Shown in pieces: positions 35,399-47,418 of a DNA stretch of 64,000 nucleotides; position 1 is the stretch's first letter; the number at the start of each line of letters is the position of its first letter. Below the pieces are notes generated by a model that saw only the letters and a list, made by a program, of their open reading frames with translations, was not told the origin of the DNA and made no database searches. The translations under genes were made by a program, and so were the position numbers. Source of the stretch: Neodothiora populina (lineage: Eukaryota); NCBI RefSeq assembly GCF_041146345.1, contig NW_027191404.1:1302001-1366000 (forward strand), written 5' to 3'.

Positions 35399-38300
35399 AT
35401 GGCAGACCACGACGAGGAGGATCTGTTCGCTGACCTGTAGGCGTTTTCTGAATCATACCATCCTCGCCTGAGCGCACTTCTGACGAGCTCTACAGGTACG
35501 AGAACGAAGATGCAGCACCCGCAGCTCCCGCCCCTGCTACCACTGCACAACCCGCCGCGGCTGCCCCTCAACCGGAACCTGCAGTCACTGCACAAGACAA
35601 CTCTGCCGCCCAGCAGGCACATTCTGTCCCTTCTGAGGCTATAGCAAATGGCTCCAACGACTACGGCGCGTACGATCAAACCCAGCAGGACACAGCCCAT
35701 GATGATTTACAGTATGACGGTGCACAACAACACCAAGACTACGACTATAACAATGGCCATGACCAAGGAAACGGCCAGGTTGCCGCACAACAGCACCAGG
35801 AAGAAGATTACAAGCCTATCGGCATAAAAGAAGACGGGTAAGTCCTGCAACCTTTTCTTGTCAACTTTCGAGCCATCCGCCTTCGAGGTAAGCAAGTCAA
35901 CACGATCCAGGCGAACCTGGGCACGGAGCCTACAGCCCAACATCGCCGAGGCTGTTGCCGTTGTCGAACAGGTGTAAGGTTCACATTATGAATGTAGCAA
36001 GCCTTTCAGACTACTGGGGTTTTGCGAGTCGTCTGCGGCGGCACTATTCACTCTCTAGGGACGCGTTCCTTGACACAAACGAGAAGCAAGAAAGCGGTAA
36101 AAAGATCATTGAATCATGCTCGCAAGTATATGTCACGGAAGGAAAAGAGACGTTTGGGATGAAGCGTTACACCTCCTATGGGTCATTGACCACTAGCGAG
36201 AGGCTACTCAAGCATATTTCATATCAAGATATTGGCCTGGATACATCAGATGCACGGTGGAATTTTTGGAAAAAAAAAGATTGGACATCTATGGGCTACA
36301 TATACGCCGTAGTGGTCCGTGTCCGTCAGACATTCGCGACCTCTCTGAGCTGGGAACTACAGAGCTCGCGAGCATCGCCCATAGCCATTTAGCTTCATGT
36401 CGATAACTCTTCATAGAGCTTAGCTAAAGCATGGAATCGAAGCTGCCGCTATGCCATTGCAACGACCTAGTCCCACTGCGTTGCTTCAAGCAATCGTGGA
36501 ATTTATTCCTCTCGACAATACTCGACTTGCTTGACATCGTGGGGCTGTCAGACGTGCCTGCTTCTTTCTTGGCACTGCCTTTGGAAGATTCAGACCGCAT
36601 GTGCGCTTTCCTGGTTGGCTTTCATATTTGTTGTCACCATCGCCTTCGCCATCATCAACATGGTCGGTCTGGAGAGAGACTACAGGCAATCGCCTTTGGA
36701 CAGTCCATTGGGCATCCCTACGAGTATTTCACGCGTAGACGTGGCCAGAGACCTGGCACTGTTTGTGTTGAACAGACGCGAGTTCATAAGCTGCGGTACT
36801 CCCGCTGCGATGCTCAAGCAACTGATCAGATACTGAAGACTTGCGTGTTACTATTAACCTCAATGGAGGCTGGATGGCTCTATTCTTGACTGACTACTAT
36901 TGTTACTGATGGTGTTAAAAATTATGCTAATATAAATCGCACCATAGCAAAATGTTTATTGGAGGTCTAAACTGGGAAACCACCGACCGTGAGTGTGATA
37001 CCTGACTTGATGTATATTTTGCTGCAGCTGCTAACCATGAGTGTCGCATAGAATCTCTCCGCGATTACTTCTCGCAATTTGGCGAGGTTGTTGAGTGTAC
37101 CGTGATGCGCGATGGCGCCACCGGTCGTTCACGTGGATTCGGCTTTCTGACCTTCAGAGATCCCAAGACTGTCAACATCGTCATGGTCAAGGAACATCAA
37201 CTTGACGGCAAAATTGTAAGCGGAACAGTCAAAAACTGCAGGTAAAGTGTATCTACTAATGTAAGGACTCCAGATCGACCCGAAGCGTGCGATTCCCCGC
37301 GACGAGCAGGAGCGCACCAGCAAGATTTTCGTTGGCGGTGTCAGCCAGGAAGCAACTGAGCAAGACTTCAAAAACTTTTTTATGCAGTTCGGCCGCGTCC
37401 TGGACGCTACGCTTATGATGGACAAGGACACTGGCCGCCCTCGTGGCTTTGGGTTTGTCACTTTCGACAGTGAAGCTGCTGTTGACCGTACCCTTGAGCG
37501 ACCCCTTGAGATTCTTGGCAAGTACATTGAGGTCAAGAAGGCACAACCGCGTGGCAATATCCGCGATGATGACGACAGCCGAGGTGGTCGGTTCAACAAG
37601 CATAACAAGTTCAACCCGAATGCAGGCGCTCAGAGTGGCGGAGGTTTCGACAATTCTGGTATGAGCGGCGGTCAAAATCCTGCTGCCATGGGCGGCGCCA
37701 ACCAGGGAATGAGCCCTGCGATGATGGCCCAGTACTGGCAGCGCATGCAGCAGTACTTCCAGATGATGCAGCAGCAGATGGCAGCCGCGAACATGGGCGG
37801 TGGTGGTGGTATGAACCCCATGAGCAATCCTGCCATGATGCAGCAGATGATGGCAATGCAGCAGCAACAAGGAGGTAACGGTCCTGCCGGCGGCATGAAC
37901 CCCGCCATGATGCAACAAATGCAGCAGATGCAGCAGATGCAGCAGATGCAACAACAGCAGCAGCAGATGCAGCAACAGCAACAGCAACAGCAGGGCAGCC
38001 AAGGCAACGTGCCTAGCGGTCCGGCGTCAGCATCTCCCATGAACGGTGGACCAGGTGCGCGACCAGGCTACACGGCTCAAGAGCAGATGGCATTCGAGCA
38101 GCAGAAGTACGAGCGGCAGCAGGTCACTCGCGGTGGCGGTGGTCCGGGCAGCGCTACCTCCTGGGAAGGCATGTACGATGAAGTCCCCGCTCCGGGAGGG
38201 AATGGCATGGGTGGCGGCGGCGGCGGCGGCGGTCGTGGTGGCTTTGGTGGCAGAGGTCGTGGTCGTGGTGGTGGCAGCCAGACTCCTCAACCTCAGGGCA

Positions 38301-38419
38301 TGGCACCGGCCAACGCACCTACCGGTCCCAAGAATGCCGGCAGGCCAGGAGCCAACTACCGTGGCGGTGGCCGCGGCGGGCACAGAGGTTTCCACCCCTA
38401 CGCCAGAGGTGGTGCGTGA
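35399..38419 (+). CDS. HRP1: Hrp1/Nab4 (Musashi-like) two-RRM RNA-binding protein; 1110-nt intron 35838-36947
   Basis: IGIKEDG|KMFIGGLNWETT, RSRGFGFLTF, IDPKRAIPR, KIFVGG, RPRGFGFVTF; Q/M/G-rich region, RGG boxes, C-terminal PY-NLS (RGFHPY). Confidence 0.93.
36530..36875 (+). ncRNA. Putative structured RNA element inside HRP1 intron 2, class unknown
   Basis: Many nested complementary pairs found by eye, e.g. TTCAGACCG-CATGT/ACATG-GT-CGGTCTGGA and TTGGGCATC/GATGCTCAA. Confidence 0.45.
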
Positions 38420-39282
38420 GGGGGCATGTCGACGATACCGAAGGATATCAACGTTTGTCTCGGCGACACTAAACGGAGCATGGCGGAAGGGTACAATTGC
38501 TTCACCCCCGGGCAATGATCGCACAATTCACGGACTGCTGGCCCATCGCCGCAAGCGATCCGACCTAGGACAACCGACGCCCCGTTTCTCACCGATTACT
38601 ATTCCTCTCACAAGATCTCTCTCTCCCTCGCTCTAATCTGTTTCTTTCGTATATTACACTTTAACCACAACGGTGTTTCCAGCCAAAGGGAAAAGCTGGC
38701 GGGAGGAAAGGCGCAGTCATTCGGGAGGAAAGAAACCTCTGTCTTATTATATAACATGTAAAACCAATTCAAAACCACGAGGACATGGAAGGAAAACGGT
38801 TTTTCTTTTCCTTTTGGGGCCAAGTATGCGTGCCCGCTGGGTGAGATGCGACGTGTTCTACTATGGGAATCTGGCGTTTTACATTCATGCATGGTAGGAG
38901 GGAGATGAACTTTTCTCTTTCGTTCTTCTTTCCCTTGAGGAGGGAGCTAGTTAGGGATGGTCGGAAGGCAGTGAAGTCAGAAAAATATCAACTCAATATG
39001 TACTAGCAAGCAACGGAATTCTTCACATTTGGAGGGATTCTCATAGAATTCCTTCGGAATACCGATTACATAATCTGTAGGAAACGATGCGCTTAGTAGG
39101 CTCCCATACGATATACAAGGTACTGTTCTGTGCTTTCATTCTATGAACCACACATCTTTCCACCATCCACTCTGCTTCGGTTTCCGAGAATCGGCTTGTG
39201 ATGCCTGTGATACACTAACGAAAGGATATAATTATGGCTTGAAGGAGATATAAGTGGTGAACTATGAAAGGACCAGATGACC

Positions 39283-40776
39283 TCAAGCATCGGCGAACTT
39301 GACTCTCTTGCCTTCTTTGCCGCTTGCCTCCTCCTCTGCTTCTCCTTCTGTGGGCGCTTTTCGCTTACCCCCGTTTGCCTCTACGTCTGTCGTTAGCGCC
39401 GCACTTCCATCCTCTTGCTTGATCGCCGAAGGCTCCGGTTGCCTCTTCTTCTTGTGCTTGATCAGTCCTGTCAGGTCGTTGGCGGACTTCGTGGCTTCTT
39501 CGATCTTGGCCTTTTGCGCTGCTGCAGATTCGCCGAGTATGGAACCCAGGATGCCCCCTAGTGGGTTTGAGGCGTCGGTGGAGTCTTCTGCGGGGGCGCC
39601 CATTGCAACGGCTGGGTTGCGTAGGTCGATGAGCTAGAAAGGAAAGGTTAGTCCAAGGTATATTGCGAGAAAAAGAGAAAAGGGCCCACATACTCGTTGT
39701 TCCATATCGCCAACCATCTCCGTCACGTCCGAGATGCTCCTTTCTTTGTCCTTCTTCTGGTCTGCAGCGAGTGAAGGCAGTGATTGCTTTTCTTTTTCGA
39801 TACGCAACTTGCAACTCTCGATGGCGGATTCCATGTGTTTGGCTGCTTCTGCTCGCATTTCCTCGTCGACTTGAGAAGTGGCATTCGCTGCGGCGGCGTT
39901 GGCTGCCTCGCCCTCTGATTGGGTTTGTGTGACTGATGCGAATTCCAAGGCGAGGGAGAGCTTGTAGTGGGCTTCTGCCACCAGACTGCTTTCTAGTGGG
40001 AACAGTCTGAGCTTCAGATCCAGACTTGCTTTCTCGTCAGCCACTGCGTCAGAGAACCGCTCGTTTTCAAGAGAAATCTCGGCTTGTAGGTCGTGTGTAT
40101 CGGCCAGGCGTTCCATTATCTGGCGACCTTCGGGAGTCTCTTCTGGTGGTATCTCCTTGGCTTTCCCCTTTCCTTTTCCGTCGGTCTGCTCGGAAGTGGA
40201 CAGAGACTCGAGTCTCCTTGTCAATAGCACACGAGCTACGTCGAGGATCTCGTAGGCGATCGCGAAGTCGTCTTCGTCCTCTGCACCTTCTTCAGCTTCG
40301 CCAGCATCTTCGTCGTCGTCGTCGTCGTCGTCGTCGCTGTCCGTCCAGTTCTCATCGCCGGTGATCTGGAAGAAAGGCTTGTCTGCCTCAGCAGCCGAAG
40401 CGTCCTCTTCTTTTGGTTCAGCAGCCGGTGCAGCAGCTTCTGTATCGCTCTGTTTCGTCTTGCGCTTCTTCTTGGCAGGTTCTTGTTCGCCTCCTGCTAC
40501 TTTGCCACCCAACACATCACTCTTGCTGACAGCGACGTGGTACAGACACCGGCCGTAGGCGTAGAGGAGAGCAGCGTTGGAGGGGTTCATCTCGCCGTTC
40601 AGTTCTGCTTGGATCTCGGTGGCTTCTGAGTAGAGCTCAGCTGCGGCCGAGTAGTTCTTCAGTGAATATTCTCGGGTCGCTGAGTCTCTGAGCTTGGTGA
40701 GTTGAGCTTGAGTGGCTGAGGGCGCGGCGGCTTCTGCAGCCTCTGCAGGGGCAGGAGCTGTTATGGGGTCTGCCAT
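39283..40776 (-). CDS. NASP/Sim3/Hif1-type histone chaperone (SHNi-TPR), intron ~39634-39692
   Basis: KNYSAAAELYS, YAYGRCLYHVAVSKSDVLGG, acidic insert, DDFAIAYEILDVAR, LADTHDLQAEISLENERF, AEAHYKLSLALE, ANDLTGLIKHKKK. Confidence 0.88.
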
Positions 40777-40844
40777 GACTGTGTGTATAGCGCAGAAGTT
40801 GAGAAGTTATCGTGCGCCCACCAAAGATGACCTATTTTGGTTTC

Positions 40845-40889
40845 TTTGCTCGGAATGCGTTTGCTCGGAATGCGTTTGCTCGGAATGCG
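40845..40889. repeat. 15-bp tandem repeat (TTTGCTCGGAATGCG)x3 in the NASP/DPB2 bidirectional promoter or NASP 5' UTR
   Basis: Three perfect copies read directly. Confidence 0.9.
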
Positions 40890-41032
40890 ACACGGCGATG
40901 TATGCGGTGATGAGAAACAAACAAAAAAGCGAGCGAATGCTGAGTGAATCGCAAAGTGACGCGATGCGTGGCTGCCAAGACCACTCAAGGCGCGTTCTGA
41001 TCGCGTCACCCCCACGACTTGATCGGGAAAGT

Positions 41033-41038
41033 ACGCGT
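41033..41038. promoter_or_regulatory. MCB (MluI cell-cycle box, ACGCGT) upstream of DPB2; further CGCG cores nearby
   Basis: Exact ACGCGT 90 bp upstream of the DPB2 ATG; GACGCGA and TCGCGTC lie within 80 bp of it. Confidence 0.55.
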
Positions 41039-41127
41039 CTCCACCAAAATTCCACTTTACCACCGTAGATTGGGGGAAAACAACACCCTTCCTCGCTCTG
41101 CTGTAACACAACACATCGTAGTCAACC

Positions 41128-43079
41128 ATGGCTGCTGCATTTCGACGGCAAGAGAGCAATGCCATTCCCTCTTCGAGTCCGGCTTTCGGCACCCCGGTTC
41201 ATCCCATCAGACCACGAGATCAACGACCGCCGATTCCTCCTCCCGTCTTCAAACCCGCTGTCTCGACCATCCTCCCAATCCTACTGCCTCCGCCGTCGTT
41301 GCGACCACTGGCCTTCCGCACGTTCACGAAAAAGCACAACCTCACCCTGAGCTCACCGGCGTTGCAGTCTCTGGCGACGTTCGTCGGGCGCCATTGTGGA
41401 TCGGGATGGCGAGAAGAAGGCACGGCCGAAAAGGTTCTCGATGAGGTGGCCAAGACGTGGAAGAGAAGCGGCGGTGCATTGATTGTGGAAGACGGGCCAT
41501 TGATGAGAAACATCCTCAAAACACTGGAAGGATGCATGAGTGGCGGCAAGATGGTGCCACAGAAGGCTTCTGCGGGCACACCACTGAGTCGACAGAGCAG
41601 CTTCGCTTTCGGGGCAGGAGACAGTCAGGAGTCCGGAGACGGCGCGATAAGACCGACTCTGGATCACCAGAGCAGCAGTTTTGGTCTCTCTGGCTTGCAA
41701 GTGGAAGAAACAGACGAGGAAGAACTCGAGACACAGGATCCTCGCTCGTGGCTCAAGGTTGTCTCTGCATTCGAGCAGCCACGATTGTACTACGACACTC
41801 AGAAGAGACAGTTCGAGACGATCGCAGCCAAACCCTCCTTGTTGCCTCCGCCGTCACATAAAACACTTGTCTTCCGTGACCGCTACAACATCGTCTATCA
41901 ACGCCTCATGCGATCCGAGGCATTCCAACAACCCTCGGTCAATATCCTTTCGAGACGCTCGCTTGGTCGAGCAGACAGCACCTCACTCCAACAGTACTAC
42001 AAAATCACGCCCATTGCCAATCTACTGGGTCGGAATGGTTCCTCTCATGTCTTGCTGGGTATGTTAGTCGTCACCCCTACTGGAACACTAGCATTAAACG
42101 ATCTGACCGGAGGCATCACCCTGGATCTTCAACACGCAAAGCCTATGCGCGGCGAAGACAGCGCTTGGTTTTGTCCCGGTATGGTCATTCTCATCGAGGG
42201 CGTCTACGAGGAAGAATATGGTGGAGCTGGTTCGTCGGGACTGGGTCAGACGAGCGGCGTGGGAGGCACAATTGGTGGCAAGTTTATTGGGTTCATGATC
42301 TCAGGACCCCCATCGGAACGAAGGTACCAAAGCCTAGGCATCGCCGAAGTCAAAAACGAAGACCTGACCATGGGAGGAGGATTCGGCTGGACCGATTTTC
42401 TTGGTCTGGGGAGTGAGAAGGCGTTGGGAAGCAAGATGAGACGACTCGAACAACGCTTACTCGCGCCCACCGAGTCTACGACAATTACTCGCAATCTGGC
42501 GGAGCGAAAGAAGGCGGTCATCATGAGTGAAGTGAATCTAGACGACCCATCCGCCCTCGAGGCCCTGCGTTCAATCTTGAAACTTTACTCTGCACCATCC
42601 GAAGCCGACCAGATCCCTGTCTCGTTCATCGTCATTGGCAACTTTGTCTCCCATCCCGTCATGGCAGGAGGCGGTAGCGGAGGAAGCATAGACTACAAAG
42701 AATACTTCAACGATCTTGCCGCTGTCCTCATCGACTTCCCTGCCTTACTAAGAAACTCGACCTGGGTATTCGTGCCTGGCGACAACGACCCCTGGCCCTC
42801 TGCATTTTCTGCAGGAGCAAGCACGCCCATCCCAAGAGGCGAAGTCCCGTCATTATTCACAACAAGAGTCAAGCGCGCCTTCGCCGCCGCCAAAGCCGAG
42901 GTCGGAGTCCGAGACAGAAGCAGCGGCAGCGTCGACGGCGAAGTCATCTGGACATCCAACCCAGCACGAGTGACATTATTCGGCTCCGCCCACGAGATCG
43001 TGGTGTTCCGAGACGACATCTCGGGCCGAATGAAGCGAAGCGCCATCACCTACGGACAGGCCAACCGGAACCCAGACGA

Positions 43080-43113
<34 letters not shown>

Positions 43114-43626
43114 AATGCCAACCCAGACTCGGACCCAGCAGACGCCGAAGCAATGGCACTCGCGGAATCCGGCGCCGTGAACGACCAAGCCATAGAGCAG
43201 GAAATGGCCAACGAGATGGACCTCGACACAGACGATAGCAACAAACAAATGCCTCCACCTCCGGCAGTGCCTCGCCAACAGCAAGCCAACAAAGACTCGA
43301 GCCCCGAGGAACCCTCGGCATCAACAACAGCCTTCGCGCGCAAACTCGTCCTTTCCCTCCTGCCTCAGTCTCACCTGTCTCCTTTTCCCTTGTCTGTCCG
43401 TCCCGTATCATGGGACTACGCCACCTCGCCGTTGTCCCTCTACCCCCTGCCTCACACGCTGGTGTTAGCAGACGCCGAGGCACCTGCATTCGCGGTTACG
43501 TTCGAAGGGTGCCATGTGCTTAATCCCGGGCGGCTAGTGAGGGAAGAGGGTAAGAGGCGGAAGGTCGGGTGGGTGGAATATGATTGTTGGGCCAAGAGGG
43601 GTGTGGTTCGGGGGTTATGGTTTTGA
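41128..43626 (+). CDS. DPB2: DNA polymerase epsilon subunit B
   Basis: PSSSPAFGTP, LRPLAFRTFTKKHNLTL, FRDRY, ITPIANLLGR, FVPGDNDPW, SNPARV, FRDD, LSLYPLPHTLVLAD, FEGCHVLNPG. Confidence 0.93.
43075..43113 (+). repeat. (GAC)n microsatellite encoding poly-Asp in DPB2
   Basis: About 13 Asp codons, nearly all GAC. Confidence 0.9.
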
Positions 43627-44307
43627 GACAAGACTTGGACTGTGATGGACGACTCGGATTTTTGCATAGATAGGACAAAGCAACGGGTCGGTGGATGGGT
43701 CGTCATGTAGTCAGGTCACGAACTTTATTGGGATATGGTACCCGTTTTTTCCGGTCCTTCTGCTTTTCTTACTGCCGCTGTCTCTCTTCTTCGTTCGGCC
43801 ACGAAACGCATCATGATACAGGACACTGACGCCGTTAAACCCCTTTATTTCGATCTTCTGGATCAGACCATGTCGAACCTCCTCCTTCACGTACACTCTG
43901 AAGCTAAGCGACCCGTGCCATGTCGTCCAACCCCATTCCGTCCAGGCTATCGCTGAAGATCCAAGGAGATACTTCCCCCGTCGACACTGTACGTGTTCGA
44001 TCAAGACTCGGATGGGCCTCTGCTGTTGCTAATAAGGAACAGAGCCGACTTGACGAGTGCAGCTATTCATGAACATGGGACAACCCCCTCTCACTTTTCA
44101 TCAAGAAAGGTTCTTCGTGGATATTCCATCGGCATGGCATGGGCGCCGAAGGTCCAACTGCTCGACCACTGTAGACACTTCCTTTCTCTACATGATGTGA
44201 AGCTCTACCAGGGGTACCACTATACTGATTCCGGTGAACAGGATTGAGAGCAGACCGCTTTGCCAACCGAGCATTGAAAGCTGTCAGGAGTCTGATCTGG
44301 ACAGTGG

Positions 44308-45276
44308 TCAGGAATTAAATCGATATGCCGGTGGCGGGCTCAAACGTCTATAAGATGGCGGCGGCGGACGAGGAGGAGGAGGAGGAGGAGGAGAACCAGA
44401 AATATCCGGCACAGACGTCTCTGCATCATAAGGCGGAGGAGGATTCGACGGCGTAGTCTCCGCCGGCAGACTCCCATACGAAGGCGGTGACTGTGCCATG
44501 GAATCAATTCCCGATCCTCCACGCGGCGCAGATGTCATGTGTGACTCCGCGTTCACGCCCGCGTTGTTCGTCGGGTCGTGCAGCCAGATATACACAGTCG
44601 TGTACCACGACCTCGAAGTCTGCTGCGGCGCGCCGGACCTGGATCTGGAGTGCTGCTGTCTGTAGTGGTCGTGGATCACACCGTATCCATAAGGGATATG
44701 TCGAGATATCGATGAAGGATACTGATGATGTCCCACGCCTGGCCGTTGTCTTCTTTGATCTCGAGATGCTGCTGGGAAGTAGCGCGTGGAGATCTCGGTG
44801 AGAGAGCCGGTGGAATGGCGACTTCCGAAATACGGAAATGCGTCCTCGCGCGCCCACTCACGGTTTCTCCTCTCGTCGTATCGACGACCGTGATGTGTGC
44901 GCAGTAATGGCTCGTGGTCACTTCGCCAACTGTGCCGATGGGGGTGGTAGTTGCGTACCACTATGGATTTGAGGAAGCATAGGACGTGTAGCAGGACACA
45001 GATGACAAGAGCTGAGGCTAGTATGATGATGGACCACCATAGCAGAATAAGTAAGATGTGCCAGATCGAGGCGAAGAGACCAAGGAACCATAGACCGACG
45101 CTCTCGAATGCACCGATGACTACTAAGAAGCCCCCGACTATATGGCTCCATACTTGGTTCAGGAAAATAGCAATGTCATGTGGAATATGTATAACGCCAG
45201 CGGAAACGTCCACGATGACTTTCCAAGCATGGCGCAACGCAGCGACAATATCCTGAGCCAGGTCCTGAACATCCAT
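44308..45276 (-). CDS. Hypothetical membrane protein with N-terminal hydrophobic helices and Pro-rich PPxY tail
   Basis: 322-aa ORF; hydrophobic at aa ~45-102; PPSY, PPPY, PPSY and PPAY near the C-terminus. Confidence 0.6.
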   Translation of the reverse strand: MDVQDLAQDIVAALRHAWKVIVDVSAGVIHIPHDIAIFLNQVWSHIVGGFLVVIGAFESVGLWFLGLFASIWHILLILLWWSIIILASALVICVLLHVLCFLKSIVVRNYHPHRHSWRSDHEPLLRTHHGRRYDERRNREWAREDAFPYFGSRHSTGSLTEISTRYFPAASRDQRRQRPGVGHHQYPSSISRHIPYGYGVIHDHYRQQHSRSRSGAPQQTSRSWYTTVYIWLHDPTNNAGVNAESHMTSAPRGGSGIDSMAQSPPSYGSLPAETTPSNPPPPYDAETSVPDISGSPPPPPPPRPPPPSYRRLSPPPAYRFNS

Positions 45277-45986
45277 CGTGGAGCAGGGACGAACGAAAAG
45301 TATGAAAGGCAGAGTGGTATTGAGTCGATGAACTTACATGTTTATATGGTGAGTGTATCTACGGAAGGAAAGATATGAGGCTGTGTGGGTTACTGGTGTC
45401 AGGCAGTGTGTATGTCAGACAGCTTCGCGATTGGATGGTGTGATTATCGTACACGCGCCCGAACGAGACAAGGCGGCGAGCAGGAAACAACCAACAGGCG
45501 GGTGCCTCACTCATGCATGCATGCCTGATGCATGTTGTCCGGGATCAGGAAGTATGCCAACCACGATTAGATACTGGCCCCTACTGAAAGCCATGCTGGC
45601 CTAGGTCACTGATGTGACGAGAAAGAAAAACGTCACCCTGTCGGTGGGGTGATATGGTGAGATGTCCGGTCTATACAGGAGGCATGCCTCAGGCTAGTAA
45701 ACTAGAGCTGGTTGCAAGGCGGTGAACGTAATAGGAAATGGGAGATAAGCTCTTGGCTGTACGAAGGCAGATGGGCGGCAGCACTCTTTCGCCCCACCAA
45801 ACACCGTCATCGCGGGAGAGGCATCCATTCCTGAACCCCCGATTGCTGTATAGCAAGCAATACCCTACCTTAGCCTTAGCCACCAACGTTTGGCAGCACA
45901 GAAAGTTGCTACAGTGTATAGCATATCTACTTCGCCATCCCGCATAGCTTGAAAACACTCAGTCTATACACAACTACAACGCCAAT

Positions 45987-46577
45987 ATGCAGATCAAGTG
46001 AGCAACAGAGATGCACCCCCTACATGTCCCCCTCTCACACACACACACACAACCACAAGCAACAGCGATACTGACATGCTCCTCCAGAGTCCGCACTCTC
46101 ACCGGCAAAGAGATCGAGCTCGACATCGAGCCAGACTACAAGGTTCGTTTTCGCCCGCCAACCACAGCATGACATGCACGACCGAAGATATATCTCAGCA
46201 AGCCCACGCATGACTACTGGTCTTCTCTCTGCTCGATCTACACTCAGATATACAAGTGGGCCATAATCTAAAACACAGAACAGGTCTCTCGCATAAAGGA
46301 GCGCGTGGAAGAGAAAGAGGGCATCCCACCCGTCCAACAGCGTCTGATCTTCGGTGGAAAGCAAATGTACGTCTCTTGTATTGCCTCTGGCCCGCCTCTT
46401 CTCTTCCCCTGCTTTGCTTGTGGAAGGGAGGACGAGAGTCAAGATCTGGCTGGTTTAAAAGAAAGAACAGATAGCTAATCCTTTGGTCATAGGAATGACG
46501 ACAAGACGGCAGCAGAATACAACCTCGAGGGCGGAGCGACTCTGCATTTGGTGCTTGCGCTGCGCGGTGGGCGATGA
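45987..46577 (+). CDS. NEDD8: Ubiquitin-like protein NEDD8/Rub1, 4 exons
   Basis: Spliced product [77 protein letters not shown]. Confidence 0.96.
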
Positions 46578-47418
46578 AGACAAGGAACCCAACTTCGTAC
46601 CGTGGATATGACATGACCGGAAGATCTCAAAGGCGAAGAATGTGCATCCTTGCGGTAGAGATTGCGCGATGCATGCCTGGACATGTCTTTGGAGTGGCTT
46701 TTCGCTCCATTCACAGACACTTGTCTAACATGTGAGGGCAAGGCTACAGTAGTTGCGTGAGCTGGCTTGTCTAGATCAGGTCATGAGACATGGGCCGCTG
46801 CGTGTTCGCTACGAGAGCAGAAAGCGTGCGGACGTAGACGTGTACTTATCTGAAGATGCATGCATGGGACAAAAGGCGTTCATGGTTGGTAATATCTGCA
46901 ACTCCTGTCGCGCTGTCTACCTACGGTTGTGGGCTTGAGCCTCTATCTCGAAATTACGTTACGAGATAATTGGCTGAGAAGAGTAATACATCTTCAGCAA
47001 GTAGATTGCATATTGTTTTTGAGAGTGTGAAGTAATTGACGAGTTTGAGATTCAACGAGGTATAAGGTTGCGTCTCTATGATCTACCCTGACCCCTCCAT
47101 GTGCCCAGACCGCCGGGCTTTCCCATGTATCTCCCCAAGCCCCATGCTCTGTTCGGGGCTGTTCCTGCTGTCGCTGATGCTGGCAAGGTTCTGATTCGTG
47201 ATTCGTTATGTGGTGATATCCCCTACAACATCCATTCTGCAGATTGTTGCTGTATGGATTGACTGGTGACATTTGACTCAGGCCAGCCTCATCCGACGTG
47301 ATCCTGGTCTTTGGGTTTTGCAGTATTAGATGGTGAAATGCCTATTGAACCATATGCCTCGTCATGTTTCGACGAGGATGGTAGTTTGGTCTTGGACATG
47401 GTGATCCTGAAATGCGCC

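Noticed and set aside
37256..38040. Antisense Leu/His-rich and poly-Cys ORFs
   Set aside because: These are shadow frames of the CAG-rich HRP1 exon.
35087..40889. Short direct-repeat arrays as possible CRISPR-like arrays
   Set aside because: The units are head-to-tail without spacers, the context is eukaryotic, and there are no cas genes.
43711..44266. Short ORF fragments between DPB2 and the PPxY gene, a possible pseudogene
   Set aside because: I found no recognisable motif or consistent splice structure.
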